Shown in pieces: positions 19,677 to 29,172 of a DNA stretch of 64,000 nt. The position numbers were made by a program, and so were the translations under genes. This stretch comes from an uncultured Actinomycetota bacterium. Its GTDB lineage: Bacteria > Actinomycetota > Actinomycetes > JAFAQI01. The DNA lies in NCBI GenBank assembly GCA_963770565.1, contig CAVYQE010000002.1, positions 672,001 to 736,000 of the forward strand, read 5' to 3'. The notes under the pieces were generated by a model. That model had not been told where the DNA came from. It worked only from the letters and a program-made list of their open reading frames with translations, and did not search any database. How positions within the stretch are numbered: the stretch's first letter is position 1; each line of letters starts with the position of its first letter.

Positions 19677-21338
19677 TCAGACGGCGGGGTCGAGAGCGGC
19701 TCGGACCCTGGCTCGCGCCTCGGACGGCCCGTCGGCCGAGACCGCGGCGGCCGCGAAGCCGACGCAGTCGTCGTAGCTGTGCCGGGCCAGCGTCATCCGC
19801 ACGTCCGCGAGCGCCCGCGGCGTCATCGACAACGCCGCCGCGCCAAGCCCGACCAGCACCAGCGCCAGCAGCGGATCGCTCGGTGCCTCACCACACACCG
19901 TCACCGGTCGGCCCGCCATCGCGCCGGCGCGGAGCACGGTCGCGACCAGGTCGAGGAAGGCCGGCTGCCACGGGTCGAGCAGGTCGGAGAGCTCGCTGTC
20001 GGCCCGATCCGTCGCGAAGGTGTACTGCGCGAGGTCGTTGCTTCCGATCGAGACGAAGTCGACCACCCGCAGCAGATCGCCGGCCCGAAGCGCCGCGGCC
20101 GGCACCTCGACCATCACCCCCGTCGTCGTGACGCCGGCCTCGTGCGCCTGCGCGGCGAACCACGCCGCCTCCGCCGCGGTCGCGACCATCGGCGCCATGA
20201 CCCGCACCTGCGCCGCGGACCCGCGCGCGGCACTCGCGATCGCGGTCAGCTGGTCTGTGAGCAGCTCGGGGTGCCGGCGCGCGACCCGCAGCCCGCGGAC
20301 CCCGAGCGCCGGGTTCGACTGCTCCCCCAACCGCACGTACGACGCCGGCTTGTCGGCCCCGATGTCGAGCGTCCGGACCGTGACCTGCCGTGCCGGGAAG
20401 GCGTCGAACACCTCCCGGTATGCCGCTGACTGCTCGGCCACGCTCGGCGGTTCGATCCGGTCGAGGAAGGCGAACTCGGTGCGGAACACCCCGACCCCTT
20501 CGGCGCCCGCCTCGATCGCGTCAGCGACGTCGAGGCTGCTGCCGACCGCGGCCATCAGCTGCACGGGGCGGCCGTCGCGGGTGCGCCCGGGACCGCGACT
20601 GGTCGCGACCGATCCGGCCGGGGCCGACTCGGCCCCGCGGTTCGCCGCGCCGAGGGCGGCCTGGTCCGGGTCGGCAGTCACCTGGCCCGCGGAACCGTCC
20701 ACGAGCACCCGCTGCCCACTGCGCAGCGAGGCCACCCCCGGACAGCCGACCACCGCCGGGATGCCCAGCGACTTGGCCAGCACGGCGGTGTGGCTGGTCG
20801 GCCCGCCGCGCTCGGTGACGATCGCGAGCACCTGCTGCGGGTCGAGGCCGGCGGTCACCGCCGGCGACAGGTCGCGCGCCACCAGCACGTACGGCGAACC
20901 GGTGTCCGGGATGCCGGGCGGCGGCTCACCCAACAAGCGGGCGACGACGCGGTCGCGGATGTCGTCGAGCTCCACCCGGTCCGGCACCGCGCGCATCGGG
21001 TCCGCCGCGCGCATGTCCCGGTAGGCGCTGAAGCCCTCCCAAGCGGCTCGGGGCGCCGCCCGGCCGGAGCTGACGAGCTGGGTCACCAGGGACGCGAGCG
21101 AGGGGTCGCGCGAGATCCTGGCCTGCCGGACGAGGACCGCGCCGGAGGCGCCGGCCCGCTGCGCGAGCGCCTCGAGCTCACCGCCGACCGCGTCGAGCGC
21201 GTCAGCGGCCCGGTCGGCCTCCACGTCGATGTCGATCGGCGCCCCGTCCCGCGGCGGGAGCACCGGGCCGTGCACGCGCGCGACCGGTCCGGCCGCGACG
21301 CCCGCGCTGACGCCGATGCCGGAGTAGGTGGACGGCAA
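19677..21338 (-). CDS. ptsI: PEP-protein phosphotransferase (PTS enzyme I)
   Basis: GGPTSHTAV phospho-His motif, FRTEF, RTLDIGADK, IGSNDLAQY, VCGE. Confidence 0.88.
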   Translation of the reverse strand: MPSTYSGIGVSAGVAAGPVARVHGPVLPPRDGAPIDIDVEADRAADALDAVGGELEALAQRAGASGAVLVRQARISRDPSLASLVTQLVSSGRAAPRAAWEGFSAYRDMRAADPMRAVPDRVELDDIRDRVVARLLGEPPPGIPDTGSPYVLVARDLSPAVTAGLDPQQVLAIVTERGGPTSHTAVLAKSLGIPAVVGCPGVASLRSGQRVLVDGSAGQVTADPDQAALGAANRGAESAPAGSVATSRGPGRTRDGRPVQLMAAVGSSLDVADAIEAGAEGVGVFRTEFAFLDRIEPPSVAEQSAAYREVFDAFPARQVTVRTLDIGADKPASYVRLGEQSNPALGVRGLRVARRHPELLTDQLTAIASAARGSAAQVRVMAPMVATAAEAAWFAAQAHEAGVTTTGVMVEVPAAALRAGDLLRVVDFVSIGSNDLAQYTFATDRADSELSDLLDPWQPAFLDLVATVLRAGAMAGRPVTVCGEAPSDPLLALVLVGLGAAALSMTPRALADVRMTLARHSYDDCVGFAAAAVSADGPSEARARVRAALDPAV

Positions 21339-21341
21339 GGG

Positions 21342-22259
21342 TCAGCCCGGCGCAGCGGGTGGCGGAGGCGCCGGACCCACCTTCAACAACCGACGCGACC
21401 ACCAGCCGATGTGACTGAACAGGCGGGCGAGGATCACACCGACACCCACGACGGCGAACCCAGCGACGACGTCCAGCAGGTAGTGGTTCGCGGTGGCGAT
21501 CACATCGACCGAGAGCACGAACGGGTATGCCACGCCGAGATAGCGGGTGATCCGGTGCTTGCCGAACCGCAGGAGCTGCCAGCCCGACCAGACCGCCCAG
21601 CCGACGTGCAGCGAGGGCATCGCGGCGTACTGATTGGTGTCCTTGCCGAAGCCGCGCGGCGCGCTCGCCGCCTTCCCCCACCAGCCGTAATGGGAGTAGC
21701 GCGCCATCGTGTCGATGAACCCCGGCAGGAGCCGGGGCGGCGCGATCGGCAGCAGGCTGAAGCCGACCAGGCCCACGATCGTCGTGAACATCAGGACGGT
21801 GCGCGCGCTGGTGTAAGCGGGACCGTGCCGCCGCCACAGCCAGATCAGGACCAGCGGCGTCACGAGGTAGTGCAAGGTCGCGTACATGTAGTCCGCCGGC
21901 ACCGCCAGCAGGACATGCGGCGAGACCGCGTGGTTGAGCCAGTGCTCGGGCGCGATCTTGAGCCGTTGCTCGAACCGGAGCAGCTGGGCGCCGTGCGAAA
22001 CCGCACCGACGTGGTCGCCCTCGACGAAATACCGCGTGACGTCGTAGAGCGAATAGACCGCGCCGATCAGCACGATCTCGTGGAAGCCGCGAATCGCCAT
22101 CCAGGCCCTGCGGTGAGCCTGCAGATTGTCGATCCAGCCGCCGAGCCGGCTCCGGGTGTGCTCTGCGGTGGCGGCGCTGGTGACGAAGTCGAGGCGCTGC
22201 TCAGTCACAGAGCTCTCCCCTCGCCGCTTGCCACGCCGCCGTATGAGCCAGTTTGTCAC
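21342..22259 (-). CDS. PAP2 family inositolphosphoceramide-synthase-like protein
   Basis: APPRL, NQYAAMPSLH, TANHYLLD; start uncertain. Confidence 0.85.
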   Translation of the reverse strand: MTNWLIRRRGKRRGESSVTEQRLDFVTSAATAEHTRSRLGGWIDNLQAHRRAWMAIRGFHEIVLIGAVYSLYDVTRYFVEGDHVGAVSHGAQLLRFEQRLKIAPEHWLNHAVSPHVLLAVPADYMYATLHYLVTPLVLIWLWRRHGPAYTSARTVLMFTTIVGLVGFSLLPIAPPRLLPGFIDTMARYSHYGWWGKAASAPRGFGKDTNQYAAMPSLHVGWAVWSGWQLLRFGKHRITRYLGVAYPFVLSVDVIATANHYLLDVVAGFAVVGVGVILARLFSHIGWWSRRLLKVGPAPPPPAAPG

Positions 22260-22372
22260 GCTGAACGGAGTCTTCCCCAGGTAGCGTCAGCCGACCCCTG
22301 TGCTATTCCACGCGACCCTAGACCGCGCTCCGGGGAGGCTGTCCAGCGGAAATTCTGGATCGGTTGCCGACT

Positions 22373-22686
22373 TCAGCCGGTCTTGGCGGATTTGGCGGAC
22401 GAGGCCGGGCTCGTACCGACGGAGTTGGTCGCGGTTACCGACAGGTAATAAGTCGAATGGCGCTTCAGGCCGGCCACCGTCACCGTCAGCTTGGACGGTT
22501 TGACGTGCTGCGTCTTCACCTTCTCCAGCGTGCACTTCTTGTGGTGAGGCTTGCAGCGGGACACCGTCAGCAGATAGCTCGTGATCGTCGCGTCGCCGGC
22601 GCCGACCCCGAGACCGGACCGAGGCACGACAGCCCGGCGATCGCAAGGATCGCGATCACGCTGCTGCCGGGCCAAGGCCGGCGCAT
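22373..22686 (-). pseudogene. Internally deleted secreted FN3 protein
   Basis: Signal-peptide frame MRRPWPGSSVIAILAIAGLSCLG joined out of frame to FN3 tail YYLSVTATNSVGTS. Confidence 0.65.
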
Positions 22687-22689
22687 CGG

Positions 22690-24126
22690 CTAGCTCTTGA
22701 CCTTGAGCGAGTGCCCCGATGAGTAGCCGAACATCACGTAGCCGGCGTGGTCGTCGGCCATCGCGCGGTATTTGAACGTGCCGACCGCGCTTCCCTTGAT
22801 CGTGAAGGAGAACGCGCCGCTGGATGACTCCTTGGTCGAGGCGACGTTGTACCAGCGGCCCTTCCGCTCGACCTGCAGCCAGACCTTGCGGCCCTTCGCG
22901 GCCTTGCTGACCTTGCCCTTGCCGGTGACCTTGTGGCCCTTCTTGATGCTCGACTTCGACAACGAGAACGACACGCTCTGGGGGGCAAGCACCGGGTATC
23001 CACGGGCGTCGGTCGAGCCGCCCGCCCCGACGCCGAATACGAGCCCACTGCCGTTCGCGTCGAGACCGGCGTTGAAGGTCGTGTCCTTGATCGCGTTGCC
23101 CAGGTCGGTCGGGTGGGTCCAGTGCGTGCCCTTCGTCGTGGAGACCTCGAGCAGGTGGTAGATCGGAGCGACAAACTCGGATTCGAAGAACAGGTGGGTG
23201 ACGCCCGAGGAGTCACGATCGATCGTCGCCCACAGGCCGAGCGTGCTGCCTTTGTAGCCCGGCACGGTGTGCGCCGAGCCGAAGCTCGAGCCGTTGAAGA
23301 AGCGAAGCAGGATGTGGTTCTTCCCCTTGGTCTGGATGGTCAAGAGCGCTTTGCCGGACATCCCGAGCAGCTCCTCGTGCGGGAAACTCGCGACCGACGA
23401 GTACGACGACGGCGAGTTGAAGTCCATGCCCGACGGTGCGTACTGGACCTTCGTCGTGTCGTCCGAACCGAGGATGTCGTCTGCGACGAGCAACCCGCTC
23501 TGGTAGGTGCCGAGCGCCTCGGTTGTCGGCTCGGTTGCCTCGACCGTCGCCGGGCCGGCCGACGGGGAGCTCGCGTTGTCGGGGATGCTCTCGATCTCGG
23601 TCCCGAACGTCGGCGAGGCGCCGACGAAGACGATGTTGCCTCCGATTCGGACCGCGGCATTGACATCGATCGCGCTGACCTTCACACCCGGTCCGAACGC
23701 ATGTCCGCCATCGGTCGAGGTGTACAGGACATCGCCGTTCGGGTCGGCGTCGCAGCAGGCAGCCTGAAGGACGACGACGGTGTCCGAGGACAACGCGAAG
23801 ACCTGCGTGACGTCGAAGATGTCATTCGTGCCGACTGGAGCGAGCTTCACATCGCTCGTGCAGGAGTGGCCACCTCGGGCGAGCACGCACACCCTCGCCG
23901 CGCCCTGGTGATTCTTGGTCGCGACGCCGTAGGCCACGACAAGGTCGCCGTTAGCGAGGATGGCGACGTTGCCGGCCGTCTCCGACGAGCCGATCTTGAA
24001 CGGCTTCAGCTCAGGCTGCGGCTCGCCCTTGATCCCCTTGGCGTGGGCCGAGGCCGCGCCGGACATCAGCGGTACGACGCAGAGCACGCCGGCGGCGAGA
24101 GCGATGAGGGGTCGTCGTGTGCGCAT
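22690..24126 (-). CDS. Secreted protein with BNR-like motif and basic C-terminal Ig-like domain
   Basis: RBS AAGGGAG, signal peptide MRTRRPLIALAAG..AHA, YTSTDGGHAF, Lys-rich C-terminus. Confidence 0.75.
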   Translation of the reverse strand: MRTRRPLIALAAGVLCVVPLMSGAASAHAKGIKGEPQPELKPFKIGSSETAGNVAILANGDLVVAYGVATKNHQGAARVCVLARGGHSCTSDVKLAPVGTNDIFDVTQVFALSSDTVVVLQAACCDADPNGDVLYTSTDGGHAFGPGVKVSAIDVNAAVRIGGNIVFVGASPTFGTEIESIPDNASSPSAGPATVEATEPTTEALGTYQSGLLVADDILGSDDTTKVQYAPSGMDFNSPSSYSSVASFPHEELLGMSGKALLTIQTKGKNHILLRFFNGSSFGSAHTVPGYKGSTLGLWATIDRDSSGVTHLFFESEFVAPIYHLLEVSTTKGTHWTHPTDLGNAIKDTTFNAGLDANGSGLVFGVGAGGSTDARGYPVLAPQSVSFSLSKSSIKKGHKVTGKGKVSKAAKGRKVWLQVERKGRWYNVASTKESSSGAFSFTIKGSAVGTFKYRAMADDHAGYVMFGYSSGHSLKVKS

Positions 24127-24169
24127 CTTGGGACTCCCTTTGTGTGCGGCCGTGAGGCCGGCCGCCGAT

Positions 24170-24330
24170 CTGCGGTGCCGGCCGGCTTCCCACCGCTTGA
24201 CGGTGGCGAAGGAGCCCAGCACCTGGTGGGCGAGCTGTGCCTGGCCGACCCCAAGGCGATCACGGAACGCCCGAAGCCGGTTGGCCTGCTCGCTGTGGAG
24301 CGGTTCAACGGCATGCAGCCGCCGCGGCAC
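24170..24330 (-). pseudogene. XRE-type HTH remnant
   Basis: RLRAFRDRLGVGQAQLAHQVLGSFATVKRWEAG. Confidence 0.55.
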
Positions 24331-24473
24331 CGTGGCTCCTGTCTCGACCCGCGGACACATCTGCGCCGAGCCGCACCCCCGGATTGTTATAGCACCCCGG
24401 ACCGGGGTGGCGCCGCGCAACCGTCGCGCCCGTCGGGCCGTCGGGCCGTCACGTCGGGATTAGCCTCTGGCGC

Positions 24474-25412
24474 ATGACCTTACGGATATTCACCGAGCCT
24501 CAGCAGGGGGCGTCGTACGACCAACTCCTTGCCGTTGCGACGACGGCGGAGGAGTGCGACTTCGGCGCGTTCTTCCGCTCGGACCACGTGCTCAAGATGG
24601 GTTCAGTCACCGGACTACCGGGCGCCACGGACGCATGGATCACCCTCGCCGGCCTGGCCCGCGACACCGCCTCGATCCGGCTCGGAACTCTGGTCACGCC
24701 GGTGACCTTCCGCCAACTCGGGATGTTCGTGGTCGCCGCGGCTCAGGTCGACCAGATGAGCGGCGGCCGGGTCGAGGTCGGCCTCGGCGCCGGTTGGTAC
24801 GACGCGGAACACCGCGCCTTCGGCATACCGTTCCCGCCGATCGGAGCGCGCTACGACCTGCTCGAGGACCAGCTGACGATCCTGCACGGCGCGTGGACCG
24901 CGCCGGCCGGGACCACCTTCGACCACGAGGGCTTCACCTGCGGAGTGTCGATCAACCCCGACACGGTCCGGCCGGCGCAGCGCCCCCATCCGCCGATCGT
25001 GCTCGGCGGCCGCGGCCAGCAGCGCTCGGCCCGGCTCGCGGTCGCCTACGCCGACGAATACAACACTGCGTTCGTTCCGGTGGAGACGATGCGCGAGGTC
25101 CACGACCGGGTTCGTCAGGCTTGCGATGCGTCCGGGCGCGATCCCGACTCGCTCGTGTATTCGGTCGGGCAGGTCTTGTGCTGCGGCGAGGACGAAGCCG
25201 AGATCAAGCGGCGGGCGAAGGCGATCGGCCGCGACGTCGCCGAGCTCCGCGAGAACGGCCTCGCCGGCACACCGGCTGAGGTCCTCGACAAGATCGGCAC
25301 GTTCGCCGATGCCGGCGCCGAGCGCTTCTACCTTCAGGTGCTCGACCTGAGCGACCTCGACCACCTGCGGCTGGTCGCCGAGCAGGTCATGCCACACGCG
25401 CCGGGCCGCTGA
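24474..25412 (+). CDS. LLM class F420-dependent oxidoreductase
   Basis: LRIFTEPQQGA, FFRSDH, DQMSGGRVEVGLGAGW. Confidence 0.9.
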   Translation: MTLRIFTEPQQGASYDQLLAVATTAEECDFGAFFRSDHVLKMGSVTGLPGATDAWITLAGLARDTASIRLGTLVTPVTFRQLGMFVVAAAQVDQMSGGRVEVGLGAGWYDAEHRAFGIPFPPIGARYDLLEDQLTILHGAWTAPAGTTFDHEGFTCGVSINPDTVRPAQRPHPPIVLGGRGQQRSARLAVAYADEYNTAFVPVETMREVHDRVRQACDASGRDPDSLVYSVGQVLCCGEDEAEIKRRAKAIGRDVAELRENGLAGTPAEVLDKIGTFADAGAERFYLQVLDLSDLDHLRLVAEQVMPHAPGR

Positions 25413-25419
25413 GCCTCGC

Positions 25420-26160
25420 TCAGCTGAAGAGTTCGCCGAGCGGGCAGGTCGGCACCGCGATCCAGCCTTCGGTCGCGGCCGCGACCGCCTGCTCCGGATC
25501 CGGCGTCGTGACCCGGCCGAGCGCAGCGGCCCGCGCGATGAACGCGCACAGGACCGCGTCCAGCGCGTCGTCGGAGCGGCTGCATAGCGCTGCCTCCGCT
25601 GCGCCGAGCCGAAGGCCGGGTGCCGCGCCGAGTAAGTCTCGGATCAGCTCGTCGCGGGTGGCCGCGCTGCCGGCCCCTTTGTAGCGCGGCCGGTAGAGCC
25701 CCCATTGTCGCAACGCAGCGGCCGGGTAGGACTCGACCACCAGGCCGGAGCCTGCTCGGTCGACCGGGCAGCCGGCGTCGGCGAGCGCTGAGAGGAGGCC
25801 GGCGGCGCGCATCGCGGCGTGACCGATCAGGTCGGCCGAGACGCTGAGTGGTCTGATCCCGAACTGAGCGATCACGGCGAGGTCGGTCGTGCGGTAGGCG
25901 AGCCGGCGACGAGCGGCCAAGTCGGTCGGCGGGATCGGCTGGCCGGCGCGATGGGCGTTCAGGAACTCGACGAACGGCTCCGGCCAGCCGAGTGGGCAGT
26001 CGATCCCTACCTTCTCGGCGTCGCCGAGTGCCGCGACGATTTGCTCGTCGGTCTGCCCGACCACGAGCCGCTCGACCTCAGCCGAGCCGTCGCGCCAGGT
26101 GATCGCGGCAAGCGCCGTACGACGCGGCTCGGCCGCGAGGTCAACGCCGACCGTTCGCAC
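25420..26160 (-). CDS. DUF429 family protein
   Basis: GVDLAA, GIDCPLGWP, ESYPAA, DALDA. Confidence 0.8.
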   Translation of the reverse strand: MRTVGVDLAAEPRRTALAAITWRDGSAEVERLVVGQTDEQIVAALGDAEKVGIDCPLGWPEPFVEFLNAHRAGQPIPPTDLAARRRLAYRTTDLAVIAQFGIRPLSVSADLIGHAAMRAAGLLSALADAGCPVDRAGSGLVVESYPAAALRQWGLYRPRYKGAGSAATRDELIRDLLGAAPGLRLGAAEAALCSRSDDALDAVLCAFIARAAALGRVTTPDPEQAVAAATEGWIAVPTCPLGELFS

Positions 26161-26230
26161 CGCGCCATCGTCGCAGCGCCCGGGCGCTTACGGGTTCGGG
26201 CCGGACCGGAACGTCAGGCTCAAGCGTCAC

Positions 26231-27505
26231 TCAGCAGGCGAAGGTCTTCGTGGCCTGGCCGGCGAGGTGGGTCGGGTCGCCCGGATAGCGCGCGACGATC
26301 CGGCACTTGCCGGCCGACTGGCGCCTGAAGGTGGCCGACAGCTTGCTGCTGTGGCTCAGGACCTTGTGCAGCGCGGAGACCTTGCGGAACTTGCCACCCC
26401 GCTTACGCAGCAGCGTCACCACCGCGTGCCGGCCGGCCCGGCTCGGCTTGACGGTCGCCGAGACGGTCAGACTGGCCGCGGTCTTCGTCACGTTCGCGGA
26501 CACAGCGGTGCCCAGGACCTTGTGCGTGATCGGTGGGCTCAGTCCGCCACTGCCGTCGACGACCTGCAAGGTCACGGTGTAGGTCCGCACCCGCGACGGC
26601 GATGCGGGATAGACGTGCTTCACCTTCGGGGTCATCGTGGTTGCGGTCTTGCCATCGCCGAACGTCCACTTCCACTTCGCGATCTGCCCGCCCGGACTTG
26701 CCGCCGACGACCCCGATCCGTTGAAGCTCGCGGTCGATCCGGACAGCGACTGGCTGAACTTCGCCGTCGGTGGGAACAACGCGAGGTTGAGCGACACCGT
26801 GGCCGACTCGGAAACCGCCTTGGGCTCACCGGGCAGGACGTCGTCGACCTCGGTCGAGTATTCGACCGCGAGCTCGATCTCGTCGTCGGCGGGCAGAGTG
26901 AACGACTCCGCCCAGCCCTGCGAATGCGGCTTGGTCGGCGTGCACTCACCACTGAACACGTGGAAGTGCCGGTGGATGGTCGAGCCGATGAGGTCGACCG
27001 TCACCGATGCGCACGAGTCGTTGGGGTCGGTGTTGGTCGCCTGGATGAAACCACTGAAAAACACCGGCACGGGCACCGTGGTCGTGAGGTCGACGCTGAA
27101 CGAGCCGTCGGAGTCTGCGTCCGGCACCGCCGGGCCGTTCCCGGTCGCGGTCGCGTGCGAGGTCGACGTACCGTCCATCGCGATGTCGTTGATCGGGCTG
27201 ATCGGGAACGGCGGCTGACCAGAGGTCTCGAGGCTGGACGCCTGGCTGATGAACGCCTGCGCCGTCCCCTCTTGCGCCGAGGAGGCCTTAGGCGCACGGT
27301 GCGTCCCGAAGGTCAGGAAGTTGTCACCGGATACGTCGTCCTGCGCCTGATGGTTGTCGTCGGCGAACTGGAAGTAGTCGAGATCGGCTGAGTCACTCTC
27401 GACCTGCACCGGCGGGTCCGGCGCCGCCATCGCCGGGATGGCCGAGAGCGCGGGCAGGCACAACCCCGCCGCAAGCAGAATCGCGATCCTTCGACGTCCG
27501 CGCAT
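26231..27505 (-). CDS. Secreted PKD-domain protein
   Basis: Signal peptide, WKWTFGDG...HVY...YTVTLQVVD; basic C-terminal domain. Confidence 0.8.
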   Translation of the reverse strand: MRGRRRIAILLAAGLCLPALSAIPAMAAPDPPVQVESDSADLDYFQFADDNHQAQDDVSGDNFLTFGTHRAPKASSAQEGTAQAFISQASSLETSGQPPFPISPINDIAMDGTSTSHATATGNGPAVPDADSDGSFSVDLTTTVPVPVFFSGFIQATNTDPNDSCASVTVDLIGSTIHRHFHVFSGECTPTKPHSQGWAESFTLPADDEIELAVEYSTEVDDVLPGEPKAVSESATVSLNLALFPPTAKFSQSLSGSTASFNGSGSSAASPGGQIAKWKWTFGDGKTATTMTPKVKHVYPASPSRVRTYTVTLQVVDGSGGLSPPITHKVLGTAVSANVTKTAASLTVSATVKPSRAGRHAVVTLLRKRGGKFRKVSALHKVLSHSSKLSATFRRQSAGKCRIVARYPGDPTHLAGQATKTFAC

Positions 27506-27604
27506 ACCGGCCCCTCACCTAGGACCGAGCCCCCCGGCTCGCTGCGGGCAGGATAACCGCGCGGGGACCAAGACGCACTACGTTCACTCAGATCACCCGG
27601 TGCC

Positions 27605-27671
27605 CGAGTTGATCATGGCGATCCGAGCGGTCTGGCTAACGAAACGCGCGCTTTTCGCCATGATCAACTCG
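27605..27671. repeat. REP-like palindromic element family B, copy 1
   Basis: CGAGTTGATCATGGCGA...TCGCCATGATCAACTCG 17-bp IR. Confidence 0.8.
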
Positions 27672-27678
27672 TCGTGGG

Positions 27679-28059
27679 CTAGCGGCCTTCGAGCCAGCCG
27701 CCGAACGACATCACCGACCAGCCTCCGACCGGTGTCTGCGGCGTCAGCGGCTCGGGCGGGGTCATCGGCGTCTCAGGCGTCATCGGGGTGATCGGCCGGA
27801 CCGGCGGCGTCGGGGTCACCGGGATCGCGGTGCCTTCCGGCTTCTGATCCGACCCCCACGCGACCACGCAGCCCTGCCGGTCCAGACAGGTGGTTCCGTC
27901 GACCGGGCCGCACCAGCGATCGCCTTCGACCGACCAGGCGTTGCCGTCCACGACGTAGGCCACCCAGTGCATCGTCGGATCCCAGATGTCGGCCGTGGTC
28001 GGGTCGTACCAACCCACGAGATTCGCGCCAGCGTCGTACAACGCCCTCATGGCCTGCAC
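27679..28059 (-). CDS. Small protein resembling 4-fold beta-flower family
   Basis: LYD..A.LVGW, short Gly-rich beta repeats, PxTP tandem tail and GGWS..SFGGW end. Confidence 0.55.
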   Translation of the reverse strand: MQAMRALYDAGANLVGWYDPTTADIWDPTMHWVAYVVDGNAWSVEGDRWCGPVDGTTCLDRQGCVVAWGSDQKPEGTAIPVTPTPPVRPITPMTPETPMTPPEPLTPQTPVGGWSVMSFGGWLEGR

Positions 28060-28072
28060 CCTAGACGACGCG

Positions 28073-29167
28073 TTACCCGGCGCTTCCGGACTTGAGGTAC
28101 GGCGTTAAGTCGAGTCCGCCGGCGGCGAGGATGTGACCGTTCGCGACGTCTTGGCACCCCCGGGCGCGATACCAGAGATCGACGTCCGGCCCGGCGGGGT
28201 AGTGGAAGGCCACGATATCGATCGAGCCGTCGTCCATCGGGCAATAGAACACGGCGCCATCGATGTGCCCGAGCCGGATCTGCAATGCCTGCCGCGACAG
28301 TCGCGCCGCGCTGCCGGTCGACAGGACGATGCGTCGGGCCAGGCTCAACCGCGCCTTCGCGTTGAGTCCGCCGTACTCGCAGATCACAGCCGAGCTCGGG
28401 CGGGCCGACGGGAGCAGCGCCTGGTCGAGCCCTGGGCCCGGGTTGGTGACCCCGACGTCGCCCTGGTCGCTGCGCGGGCATCCGCCGGACACTGTGACCC
28501 GCAGTCTCGGGCCGGTCGCGATGTCGCGCACTGGTCGCGGGTCGATCCAGTTGCCCTCGCCATCAGCTCGGATGATCGTTCCGCCTCGGACCGTCGCGAG
28601 ACCGACGTCGAGCTGCAACTCCTGGGCGTATGAGCGGTCGGGCTCGTTCCAAGCCATTCCCTCAGTGGTGATGCCGCCGGTCACCGTTCCGCCACTCGAC
28701 GTACCGCTCTGTTCGAGACCGGCCGGCGGGTGCGCCTTGAGATAGGCGAATACGGTCGCCATCGGCATCGTCGTCCGCCAGAAGCGATGCCGGTCGACCA
28801 ACGACGACCCCTGTGGGATGCCCACCGCGGGTCCCGCCAACTGCCGTTGCGGGCCCTTGATCGGCGTGATGCCGGACGGCAACCGCGCGAGGCGGAGCAA
28901 CCGGGCCGCCTCCTTGCGGGTCGCCGCCCGGTTCTGCGCGGCGGTCGCCGTCGAGATCGGTTGAGTCGAGGCCTCGGCGCTGGCGGAGGGGCCGGTCGAC
29001 GATCCGGGCGGCACACCCTCAGCGCCCGACGACCCGGCCGTGCACCCCACGCAGGCCAAGACGGTCGCCGCAGCGGCCACGCCGAGACTCAGCCTCACAG
29101 CACTTGGACGCGGCGGAGCATCACTCGGTTCCCACTGGCGGGCCTTTCTCAGTATCGGCCGGTGCAC
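28073..29167 (-). CDS. Hypothetical lipoprotein
   Basis: Hydrophobic stretch ending LACVGC, Ser/Pro linker, paired Cys; start uncertain. Confidence 0.6.
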   Translation of the reverse strand: MHRPILRKARQWEPSDAPPRPSAVRLSLGVAAAATVLACVGCTAGSSGAEGVPPGSSTGPSASAEASTQPISTATAAQNRAATRKEAARLLRLARLPSGITPIKGPQRQLAGPAVGIPQGSSLVDRHRFWRTTMPMATVFAYLKAHPPAGLEQSGTSSGGTVTGGITTEGMAWNEPDRSYAQELQLDVGLATVRGGTIIRADGEGNWIDPRPVRDIATGPRLRVTVSGGCPRSDQGDVGVTNPGPGLDQALLPSARPSSAVICEYGGLNAKARLSLARRIVLSTGSAARLSRQALQIRLGHIDGAVFYCPMDDGSIDIVAFHYPAGPDVDLWYRARGCQDVANGHILAAGGLDLTPYLKSGSAG

Positions 29168-29172
29168 GAGTC

